The notes under the pieces: model-generated
Told to the model about the DNA's origin: nothing
Seen by the model: only the letters and a program-made list of their open reading frames with translations
Database searches by the model: none
Part shown: positions 25,937 through 33,554 of the stretch, piece after piece
Layout: each line of letters starts with the position of its first letter
Numbering within the stretch: position 1 is the first letter of the stretch
Virus record (IMG/VR): IMGVR_UViG_3300034066_001606
Length of the DNA stretch: 33,554 nt
Origin: an uncultured virus (IMG/VR IMGVR_UViG_3300034066_001606)
Lineage: Duplodnaviria; Heunggongvirae; Uroviricota; Caudoviricetes
Reading direction: 5' to 3' (one strand)
Made by a program: the position numbers and the translations under genes

Positions 25937-26567
25937 CACTAATTTATTAAGGGAAATAAAAAAGAATGGTAATAAAGCTTACAAACAAGCGTTGCTATCC
26001 AAATATTTAATTGACATTAAAAATAATGTTGGGTTAAGTGAAAGGGAGATTGAGAGAATTAAAATATTGGCTTTTATACTAAGTAGTAAGATAATAATAA
26101 AGAGTATCAACAACTTTTTTAGCTTAATAAAAAATAGCGAATTTGAAAAGAACAACATAGTGCATGAGGAACAGGATATTATGATAGAGTGCTTTATTGT
26201 TTTTGAAAATTGTGTAAAAAATTTAAAAATAAGCAAGATAAAATATTTCCCATTTTATTTGAACAATGCGTTGAATAGGGCGATATTTAGAATTTACAAC
26301 AAATCGTACAACAAATATCAAGGCACTATACAGAATACCGATGATAACGAGAAATACCTACTAGATAGGATAAAGGGCGATGTAATTAAAATAAACACAT
26401 TTGATATTGATTTAATGTGTTTAAGCGACTTTGAATTACAAATAGTTGAAAGTAGGTATGTATGTGAAAAAGCTAAGGAGTTTTGCGATAGAACAAACAC
26501 TAGTATGGCATTGTACAAAGAGACATTAGAAATTATTAAAAAAAAATTAGAACATGAATATAAGTAA
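25929..26567 (+). CDS. Second sigma factor-like protein
   Basis: Region 2-like EEQDIMIECFIVFENCVKN...FPFYLNNALNRAI and region 4-like LSDFELQIVESRY. Confidence 0.6.
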   Translation: MDSTNLLREIKKNGNKAYKQALLSKYLIDIKNNVGLSEREIERIKILAFILSSKIIIKSINNFFSLIKNSEFEKNNIVHEEQDIMIECFIVFENCVKNLKISKIKYFPFYLNNALNRAIFRIYNKSYNKYQGTIQNTDDNEKYLLDRIKGDVIKINTFDIDLMCLSDFELQIVESRYVCEKAKEFCDRTNTSMALYKETLEIIKKKLEHEYK

Positions 26568-26877
26568 CGAACTTTTAGAGCAAATAGAGCTGATTACTAC
26601 AGTTAATCCAGTATTGGTAATTGACAATGGCGATGGTGAACTTATAGTGTATGTGTTTACACAAATAGAATATAGTACCAATAGCAGTACTTCTAGTATT
26701 GATTATGTTTCTTTAAGGGGGTACAACATTACAGCGTTCGTTAATGGTAACAAGATATCAAGCCAAGTTGATGGCATTAATTACTTGTCAAGATTTTCTA
26801 CATTTTTGGGCGGTAGAAGAATTATGAGTGTTAAGTTTAATAAGAACATTAAATACATGGCATTTACAAACACTTAA
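26554..26877 (+). CDS. Hypothetical protein
   Basis: 107-aa ORF in a packed operon. Confidence 0.6.
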   Translation: MNISNELLEQIELITTVNPVLVIDNGDGELIVYVFTQIEYSTNSSTSSIDYVSLRGYNITAFVNGNKISSQVDGINYLSRFSTFLGGRRIMSVKFNKNIKYMAFTNT

Positions 26878-26878
26878 T

Positions 26879-27154
26879 ATGGAATTGATAGAATTTATAC
26901 AAATAGTAGACAAACTTAGAAAAACATTCCCACATAAGGATGTAAGCGTTTACCACTACATTGATGGTAAAAGGGAGTTGAAGGAAATTATAAAGTCTAA
27001 TCCAAATTTTAAGGGTAAGTATGAGAAAATGGTAATTTATTTCTTTGACTATCACTTACATAAGGATAAGAAGTTTCTTTTACTTAAGAAAGTGTACGAA
27101 AAAATGGGTATTACCTTTAGTATGCAACATGTTTGCAGATACAATTCTTTGTAA
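26879..27154 (+). CDS. Hypothetical protein
   Basis: ATG 26879, just after the upstream stop, is preferred over the track start at 26828. Confidence 0.6.
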   Translation: MELIEFIQIVDKLRKTFPHKDVSVYHYIDGKRELKEIIKSNPNFKGKYEKMVIYFFDYHLHKDKKFLLLKKVYEKMGITFSMQHVCRYNSL

Positions 27155-27156
27155 GC

Positions 27157-27164
27157 GATAGTTA
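27157..27164 (+). promoter_or_regulatory. GAWWGTTA motif (candidate phage promoter)
   Basis: GATAGTTA 22 nt before the helicase ATG. Confidence 0.5.
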
Positions 27165-27186
27165 TATTGGTTATAATTTATAACTA

Positions 27187-28659
27187 ATGAAGAAACCTAG
27201 TAAATTTCAACAAGATATTTTTGATGCGGTACAATATTCTGAAAACAATATTGTTGTCAATGCGGTTGCAGGAAGTGGTAAGACAACTACAATGGTTGAA
27301 TCAACAAAGCTTATACCGAAAGATAATAAGATAATCTTTCTGGCATTTAATAAAAGCATTGTGGCTGATATTAAATTAAAAGTACCTAGTAATATAGATG
27401 TTAGCACATTACACAGCTTCGGTTGCAGAATGTTGATGATGCACAATGGCAAACTGAAAATTGATGAAAACAAGGTTTTTATTTTAGCATTGAAAAACTT
27501 TGAAAAGCTTACAGCAAATTTAATTGATGAAAACAAATACTCGTATTGCCATAGAGTTAGTAGGTTGGTTGATATGTTTAGAATGACATTGGCTGATTTA
27601 AACGATAACGAAGCATTAATTAAATTAGCTATTAGGTTTGATATTGAGTTGTTTGGTAACGAAATAGAACATGCAAAGTACATACTTGATTTAAGTACTA
27701 AAATATGTCATGAACGAATAGACTTTTGTGATATGATTTACATTCCAGTAATTAAGGATATGAAAGTAAGGAAATACGATTATGTGTATGTTGATGAAAT
27801 GCAAGATTTAAATAGAGCACAACAGGAATTGGTAAGAAAAATAAGGAAACCTATAAGTGGTAGGATGATAGCGGTTGGCGATAGTAGGCAATCCATATAT
27901 GGTTTTGCTGGAGCCGACTTGGAAAGTTTTAATAGAATGAAAAACATGTTTCCTTCTACAATAGAATTACCATTAAGTGTATGCTATAGGTGTGCTAAAA
28001 ACATAGTTACAAAGGCACAATCCATTGTAAGCCATATAGAGCCATTTGAGGGGCAAATAGACGGTGAGGAAAGGTTTGGTAGCTACAAGGAAATACAAGA
28101 CAAAGATTGGGTTCTGTGTCGTAATACAAAGCCATTGGTGTTATTGTTCACAATGCTAATAATGGATGGTAAGAAAGCATACATTAAAGGTAGGGAAATT
28201 GGGAAGGATATAATTAATTTTGCAACTAGAAGAAAGAAGTTGGTTAATATAGATAACCTATTGGAAAAGCTTAAAGAAGAAAGATTAGAACTTAAAATAA
28301 AGTTGGTAAAGAAAAGGGTGTACAAGCCAGAGGAAGACAAGCGTATTGTAAACTTTGATGAAAAAGTTGGTGTAATAAAAATACTAACTGAAACAAATGG
28401 TTTAAAAACAATTTCACAACTAGTAAAAGTTATAGAGAAAATATTTGTAAACGATAGTGAGGGTATATGTTTAAGCACAATACATAAAGCAAAGGGCGGT
28501 GAAGCTGATAGGGTTTTTGTTTTAATGGAAAACTTATTACCTAGTAAGTATGCAGTTACAGAAGATGAATTGCTACAGGAGGAGAACCTTAGATATGTTT
28601 TATATACAAGGGCAAAAAGTAGTTTAATTTTTATAAATGATTTTACAATTGAAAAATAA
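27187..28659 (+). CDS. Superfamily 1 (UvrD/Rep-like) helicase
   Basis: AVAGSGKT, LAFN, STLHS, VDEMQD, VGDSRQSIYGFAGA, YR, STIHKAKGGE, YVLYTRAK. Confidence 0.93.
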   Translation: MKKPSKFQQDIFDAVQYSENNIVVNAVAGSGKTTTMVESTKLIPKDNKIIFLAFNKSIVADIKLKVPSNIDVSTLHSFGCRMLMMHNGKLKIDENKVFILALKNFEKLTANLIDENKYSYCHRVSRLVDMFRMTLADLNDNEALIKLAIRFDIELFGNEIEHAKYILDLSTKICHERIDFCDMIYIPVIKDMKVRKYDYVYVDEMQDLNRAQQELVRKIRKPISGRMIAVGDSRQSIYGFAGADLESFNRMKNMFPSTIELPLSVCYRCAKNIVTKAQSIVSHIEPFEGQIDGEERFGSYKEIQDKDWVLCRNTKPLVLLFTMLIMDGKKAYIKGREIGKDIINFATRRKKLVNIDNLLEKLKEERLELKIKLVKKRVYKPEEDKRIVNFDEKVGVIKILTETNGLKTISQLVKVIEKIFVNDSEGICLSTIHKAKGGEADRVFVLMENLLPSKYAVTEDELLQEENLRYVLYTRAKSSLIFINDFTIEK

Positions 28660-28682
28660 AGAATTATTGAAAAGTATTAATT

Positions 28683-29138
28683 ATGGCAAACATAAATAAA
28701 ATAAATGCAGTTAAACAAGAACTAGATAGTTTATGGGAGAGGATTGTGTTTCTACAAGATGAGTTAGGTATTTCAGCACAATTGAATGTAAGGTTGTTCA
28801 ACAAGGGTGGCAATTGTAGTGATATGGATTTTAATTATGTTTCAGACAATGTTGATTTAGATTCGTTGACTAGTTTTGCAAACATGTCACATTCTAATTT
28901 TGCGAATTATGCTGAAACATTGAATGCTTCAAATTCACCTAGTATTGTTTCTTTAGTTAAAATAAATAATTTAGTTTGCGATAAATTAGAAGGCATTCAC
29001 AATGATTCAATATACGTTGTTGATGAAATAAAAATAATAAACAAGGTGAAAATGTATAAATTAAGGGGTATTGATAAAATATTTAGTTCAAAGCATTTCA
29101 TTTCTGTAAATAATCAATTTAAAGAAAAACTAAGTTAA
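28683..29138 (+). CDS. Hypothetical protein
   Basis: 151-aa ORF with an N-terminal coiled coil and an SH3-like C-terminal pattern. Confidence 0.6.
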   Translation: MANINKINAVKQELDSLWERIVFLQDELGISAQLNVRLFNKGGNCSDMDFNYVSDNVDLDSLTSFANMSHSNFANYAETLNASNSPSIVSLVKINNLVCDKLEGIHNDSIYVVDEIKIINKVKMYKLRGIDKIFSSKHFISVNNQFKEKLS

Positions 29139-29839
29139 TGTACGTTACAATACCAATAGATGCATATAACGATTACGAGATAAGGCTGAACACCGATAGA
29201 GTAAGGAGAATACAGAAGATTGTTACAACAGATTTTGTTTTAATATTTCATTTCCATGAACATGTTTTTGATTTTATAAACTATACCCTAGAGGAAGTTG
29301 ATGGGTTTATAAAGCGTGATAATTTTGTGGAATATTATTTTGCCGATGAATTTACATTAGATGCAATGTTGGCTACAATAATGGCTAACATGAATTGTAT
29401 TTACATAGACGATGCAAACAATTATGAAGTAAATTGTGTAAATTTGGATTTGGTTAATAAAATACATAGGGAAAGGGCTGATGATTTTATTTTAAGATTT
29501 CATTTCGGAGATAATCACTACGATACAATAAGGGATAATTTCAACAAAGATGGTTATACTAGGGAAGTAAATTACATAGACTATCTATTTCCAGATGCAA
29601 TTTCACTTAATGCGGTTTATGATGCAATAAGGGATAAGATATATAAAGCTTATGTATTGTCCACTACAGCCACTACAGCAACTAAAATAATAGATAGTAG
29701 GATAAATGGTGTTGTTGAAATAATATTTTGGAATGGTGGTAATGCAATTGAGGGTTGGACACAAACAGGAACTGAGGTTGAATTTACAGATGGAACAACA
29801 TTAATAATAGGGCAAACAATTAAATTAATAATAAGATGA
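29138..29839 (+). CDS. Hypothetical protein with a tandem ~80-aa internal duplication plus a C-terminal beta domain
   Basis: Two units share the pattern D..N.YE...N.D.V..I....DF.L.FHF...D.I...DG...N...Y.F.D...L.A. Confidence 0.7.
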   Translation: MYVTIPIDAYNDYEIRLNTDRVRRIQKIVTTDFVLIFHFHEHVFDFINYTLEEVDGFIKRDNFVEYYFADEFTLDAMLATIMANMNCIYIDDANNYEVNCVNLDLVNKIHRERADDFILRFHFGDNHYDTIRDNFNKDGYTREVNYIDYLFPDAISLNAVYDAIRDKIYKAYVLSTTATTATKIIDSRINGVVEIIFWNGGNAIEGWTQTGTEVEFTDGTTLIIGQTIKLIIR

Positions 29840-31083
29840 TAAGGAAAATTATTTTTATTGCAATAATGGTAATAATTTCATTTAGTGCAATTGGACAAGG
29901 TGTTCAGTTTCAAGGCAATTTTAAAACCACATTGGTAAATAGGGGTTGGCTAAAGAGCGATAGTGGTATTGTTTCATTTCCAGTTGGTGATACAATATTT
30001 CCTTCATGGTTGGGTGCGACTTACAAAAGTGGTTCTTCTGTTTTGAAGAGTGGGTTGCCATACTACTACGATGGTTCTATGTGGAAGCCTTTTGGTGGTG
30101 GTTCTGGAAGTAGTTTTGATACAACATATATTTATCAAGCGTTAACAGACACCGCTAATAATATTAGAAGCGATATAGGGGATAGTTTAGCCTTGAAGGT
30201 GTATCGTTCTGATAGCAATGTGGTTTATTCCACACCTACTCAATTGGCGACAAAGCAACCTCTTACAAATAGCCTTTCAACAACTTCAATAACATTGGAC
30301 GATACACAGCCATTTTATGAATTGACGGGTGCTACAAACAACAAGGTGGCATTTAAAACGATAGGCAAATTGCTCACAACAGATTTACAAGTAAAGGCAG
30401 GGTTTCAATACCATAACGATTTCATTAATCCAGTAACGACTACGACATCTGATGGTGCAGGAGTAATATTGGTTGCAAACGGAAGTGGTGCAACTTGTAC
30501 GACAGTCTCGACTCCAGCCACAAATAGAGTTGGTATAGCGCAAACAACTACTGGAACAACTTCAACTGGAAGGGTTGCAATTGCAACAGCAAACGCTCCA
30601 GTAAGGTTGTCGGGTGGTGCGTGGTTGTATACAGCAGATGTGAAAGTGGTTCAACTATCTACATCTACAGAACGATTTGCCTTACTTATCGGATTTTTGG
30701 GAAATTATACTACGGTGAATCAAACGAATGCCGTTTACTTTCTATACGATCAAAGTGGGGTATCGACAAGTAGTAGTGCGTCCGCAAATTGGCAATGTGC
30801 AACTGTCTCAAATTCGTCAAGGACAATAACTAACACTACTGGAGTAGCGGTTTCAGCTGGAACATTTGTTAGGCTTCAAATACTTGTAAATTCAGATGGA
30901 ACAAGTGTTGGATTTTACATAAATGGAACTTTAGTTAAAACAGAAACTAATACTATACCGACAGCTGCAAATAGGGAAGTTGGATTTGGTGCTTTGACTG
31001 TGAAATCAGCTCATGTATCTGTTCCTGCTCTTGTGCAATACGATTTTATAAACATAAATTGTGAATTTACAACCGAAAGATAA
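29836..31083 (+). CDS. Signal-peptide-bearing fibre/lectin-like protein (ConA/LamG-like C-terminal domain)
   Basis: MIRKIIFIAIMVIISFSAIG|Q signal peptide. T/S/G-rich. The C-terminal beta-sandwich pattern is FVRLQILVNSDGTSVGFYINGTLV...TNTIP...VQYDFI. Confidence 0.6.
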   Translation: MIRKIIFIAIMVIISFSAIGQGVQFQGNFKTTLVNRGWLKSDSGIVSFPVGDTIFPSWLGATYKSGSSVLKSGLPYYYDGSMWKPFGGGSGSSFDTTYIYQALTDTANNIRSDIGDSLALKVYRSDSNVVYSTPTQLATKQPLTNSLSTTSITLDDTQPFYELTGATNNKVAFKTIGKLLTTDLQVKAGFQYHNDFINPVTTTTSDGAGVILVANGSGATCTTVSTPATNRVGIAQTTTGTTSTGRVAIATANAPVRLSGGAWLYTADVKVVQLSTSTERFALLIGFLGNYTTVNQTNAVYFLYDQSGVSTSSSASANWQCATVSNSSRTITNTTGVAVSAGTFVRLQILVNSDGTSVGFYINGTLVKTETNTIPTAANREVGFGALTVKSAHVSVPALVQYDFININCEFTTER

Positions 31084-31292
31084 TGAATAAAATAAACGAT
31101 TTAATAGCTGAAATTTTAGACCCTAAAATTAGGCAAGAAATAGAATCAAGATTAGATATTTCTTACTACAATAACCAACCAGTTAATGACATTTTTGATG
31201 TTATTATGTTCGGTTGGGATTGGGGTTCTGAAAACGAATTATGGTCTATGGTTTATGAGACAAAGAATTTAGAACTTATTAAAGATATTTAG
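31083..31292 (+). CDS. Hypothetical protein
   Basis: 69-aa ORF coupled (TAATG) to the upstream gene, with a FGWDW...LW motif. Confidence 0.6.
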   Translation: MNKINDLIAEILDPKIRQEIESRLDISYYNNQPVNDIFDVIMFGWDWGSENELWSMVYETKNLELIKDI

Positions 31293-31318
31293 ATTATAAC
31301 AAGGAATTGAGGTAATTT

Positions 31319-31326
31319 GATTGTTA
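31319..31326 (+). promoter_or_regulatory. GAWWGTTA motif (candidate phage promoter)
   Basis: GATTGTTA 22 nt before the macro-domain ATG. Confidence 0.5.
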
Positions 31327-31348
31327 TTGTTTTATATAAATAATAGCA

Positions 31349-31834
31349 ATGAAGAAAGAAAAGCAATACGAAGAAATTAAGGGCGACCTTATAGTACTTG
31401 CGAAACAAGGTAGGTTTGATGTTATTGCACATGGATGCAATTGCTTCAGCACACAAGGAGCAGGAATAGCCTTGCAGATGGCAAGAAACTTCAGAACAGA
31501 TGAAATGAAAATGGAACATGATAAGCGTGTTACACCTGAAAACAAATTAGGCACTATAGATTTCAAACAGACCAATACTTTAATGAGGGGTAGGAAATTA
31601 ATAGTTGTGAATGCATATACGCAATTCCACCCTGGACCAGATTTGAGATACGATGCCATGCAAAAATGTTTTGAAGAAATAAACAAAGCGTTCGCAGTTA
31701 AAGAAGGTGAAGCAATGAAAGTAATTGGGATGCCAAAAATAGGATGCGGTATTGCAGGAGGTGACTGGAACAAGGTAAGCAAGATGATTAAAGATACCTT
31801 TAAGAATTGTAAGGTTGTTATTTGTAAATTATAA
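31349..31834 (+). CDS. Macro domain protein (ADP-ribose processing; Poa1p/T4 Tk.4-like)
   Basis: IKGDL, IAHGCNCF..GAGIA, VVNAYTQ, MPKIGCGIAGGDW. Confidence 0.92.
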   Translation: MKKEKQYEEIKGDLIVLAKQGRFDVIAHGCNCFSTQGAGIALQMARNFRTDEMKMEHDKRVTPENKLGTIDFKQTNTLMRGRKLIVVNAYTQFHPGPDLRYDAMQKCFEEINKAFAVKEGEAMKVIGMPKIGCGIAGGDWNKVSKMIKDTFKNCKVVICKL

Positions 31835-31845
31835 ACTATAAAAGA

Positions 31846-32265
31846 ATGCAAACTATTTTACTAACAGAAAGTCCTGAATGTATAAATAAACCAAATGCTG
31901 AAGAACATTTGCAAAGGTTGATTTTACTGGAAAAGGGCAATCACCTTATATTTGTAAATAACAATAGAAATAGGCACTATGTTGAAATAAACAATGGTAA
32001 GCCAATTAGGTACATATTGAAGGACAAGCAATTGTTCAATCGTTTACATAGTGGTTTGAATTACCAATGTTTACTAAGGGCAAATGACGAAGTATTTTTT
32101 GGAAAATACAGCAACTTGACTGGGAAGTACAGAGGGATGGATATAACATTTGGTGACTTACTAGGTAACGACATAGAATATATGCAATGGTTGGTATCGG
32201 AAGGTTATATGTTTGAACCGAGTTTGAAGGAGCAAATAGCCGATAAAGCACATTTAGCAAGGTAA
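31846..32265 (+). CDS. Hypothetical protein with an FGKY..G...D..Y..W motif (DUF3820/exonuclease X C-terminal-like)
   Basis: VFFGKYSNLTGKYRG...DIEYMQWL. Confidence 0.55.
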   Translation: MQTILLTESPECINKPNAEEHLQRLILLEKGNHLIFVNNNRNRHYVEINNGKPIRYILKDKQLFNRLHSGLNYQCLLRANDEVFFGKYSNLTGKYRGMDITFGDLLGNDIEYMQWLVSEGYMFEPSLKEQIADKAHLAR

Positions 32266-32315
32266 TTGTAACAAGTGTTTTAAAATGGACTTATTGAATA
32301 CTAAAATAAGTACAA

Positions 32316-32855
32316 ATGAAACAAGCAATTTTATCTTCTTTAATTGAAGAACAAAAGAAATACCCAAGTGATTACGATTACTTCATAAACAAATTATGGA
32401 AGCCATTAATGCAAGTTGAGGGCGGTGGCAAATTACACAATGTAGCTGGAGATTCTGGCGGTTGGACAAAATATGGTATAAGCTACAACAATAACAAACC
32501 TTACTTTTTTGATTTAAATGATTTTAAAAACTTGACTGAAGAACAAGCCAAGTTGATTGCATTTAACAAATACTATCTTACAGCAGGAACACAATATGCG
32601 AGCCAAGATGCTAAGGATGTTTATTTTGATATCAGTTTCAACATGGGGCAAACAAGAGCAATTAAGATGGCTCAGAAGTGTTTGGGTATTAACCAAGATG
32701 GTGTCATTGGTACAATTACCAAAAGTAAAATGGCAACACTTACTGAAAAGCAACTGACAGATGAAAGGGTTAAGTTTTACTATAGTTTGGTAAAACTAAA
32801 GAAATTCTTAAAGGGTTGGCTAAATAGAGTAAAAATTATATCTGAAATAGATTAG
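32316..32855 (+). CDS. Endolysin, glycoside hydrolase family 108 with peptidoglycan-binding C-terminus
   Basis: VEGG....GDSGGWTKYGIS, FD..FNMG, Q..LG...DGVIG..T, KFLKGWLNR. Confidence 0.92.
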   Translation: MKQAILSSLIEEQKKYPSDYDYFINKLWKPLMQVEGGGKLHNVAGDSGGWTKYGISYNNNKPYFFDLNDFKNLTEEQAKLIAFNKYYLTAGTQYASQDAKDVYFDISFNMGQTRAIKMAQKCLGINQDGVIGTITKSKMATLTEKQLTDERVKFYYSLVKLKKFLKGWLNRVKIISEID

Positions 32856-32892
32856 ATATTTAGATAGTTTGTACTAGTATAAAAATACTAAG

Positions 32893-33282
32893 ATGAACAC
32901 AAATTTATTAATCGCATACCTACTTAAAAACATGGTTGCGATAACAACTAGCATGGCTGAAAATTATGGTAAAAAGAAGATTGGATTTTATATTCCAATT
33001 AAAATACCATTGATTAACCAATTAGGTAAACCCTACTTTAAGGAGTTGGTATTGGTGACACCTGAATACTATGATTGCCAAAGCATGGAAGAATACAACA
33101 AATTATTATTTGAGGCACAAAACTACATGTCAAGAATGTTGGACATTGCCTTCAATACTGGAGCGTTGGAATTGGTAAGCGGTAAGAAGTATGATGTGGC
33201 AAAGGATGTACTAGAAAAGATGACATTTGAGCAAGTATTAAACAGCAAGGGGGTAGTAATTACAATAAACAAAATAGATTAA
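32893..33282 (+). CDS. Hypothetical protein
   Basis: 129-aa ORF preceded by a near-consensus motif, GATAGTTT at 32863-32870. Confidence 0.6.
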   Translation: MNTNLLIAYLLKNMVAITTSMAENYGKKKIGFYIPIKIPLINQLGKPYFKELVLVTPEYYDCQSMEEYNKLLFEAQNYMSRMLDIAFNTGALELVSGKKYDVAKDVLEKMTFEQVLNSKGVVITINKID

Positions 33283-33284
33283 AA

Positions 33285-33533
33285 ATGAATAACGAATTAA
33301 CTTCAGCAATAGCTGACACAATATTAGTAGGTAGAAAGATTGAGTTCTTTATGGACATGGGGCAAATGGTAATAGAAATAAAGCATAAAGAAACATGTAA
33401 GCAATTACATAGGCAATGTTTACCAATTGATAGTAGGCATGGTATGGATGACATTAGGGTTTCTGAATGTATTAAGTTTATGAATTTAGAAATTAACAAG
33501 AAAGATGCACCTGATGGATATGGGGGTTGCTAG
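33285..33533 (+). CDS. Hypothetical protein
   Basis: 82-aa ORF packed 2 nt after the upstream stop. Confidence 0.6.
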   Translation: MNNELTSAIADTILVGRKIEFFMDMGQMVIEIKHKETCKQLHRQCLPIDSRHGMDDIRVSECIKFMNLEINKKDAPDGYGGC

Positions 33534-33554
33534 AGAAAAACAATTTTGATTGTT

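Noticed and set aside
29640..31340. TATATAAA direct repeat (29640, 31333), whose deletion would end ORF 29138 right after its second repeat; a possible second cassette
   Set aside because: It is an AT-only 8-mer likely by chance. There are no flanking inverted repeats, and no convincing ORF forms at the circle junction.
469..33499. Numerous minus-strand ORFs and short alternate-frame plus ORFs in the track
   Set aside because: All overlap longer motif-bearing plus-strand genes and have low-complexity antisense-shadow composition.
1..33554. Stop-codon reassignment as in some Bacteroidota phages
   Set aside because: Long conserved genes are intact under code 11, and TAG ends genes at natural positions (e.g. 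primase, SbcD, endolysin).

Overview
This is an AT-rich, densely coded, all plus-strand segment of a large tailed phage, probably a myovirus of a Bacteroidota host. The host call rests on a TTG-N20-TAnnTTTG promoter, A-rich leaders without Shine-Dalgarno sites and a Q-rule signal peptide. Positions 1-5024 are the end of a baseplate/tail-fibre module. Positions 5256-28659 are a replication/recombination module: RNase H, SF2 helicase, DnaB-like helicase, primase, two sigma-like factors, Pol III alpha, UvsY-like protein, gp32-like SSB, RecA, Mre11/Rad50, RuvC and a UvrD-like helicase. Positions 28683-33554 hold accessory genes, including a secreted lectin-like protein, a macro domain and a GH108 endolysin. 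Main observations: (1) A 1630-nt segment carrying a fibre-like gene sits between in-frame ATAGGTG direct repeats with adjacent inverted repeats. Removing it fuses the flanking ORFs in frame, and circularising it creates an intact 59-aa ORF with a hairpin/att-like junction. (2) A dUMP-hydroxymethylase-like gene, an HD nucleotidase and a DUF1599 gene flank the polymerase, suggesting modified DNA. (3) A GAWWGTTA motif occurs in most intergenic gaps and is a candidate phage-sigma promoter. (4) GATC is strongly avoided at the codon level. All calls are by eye from motifs; no searches were run.
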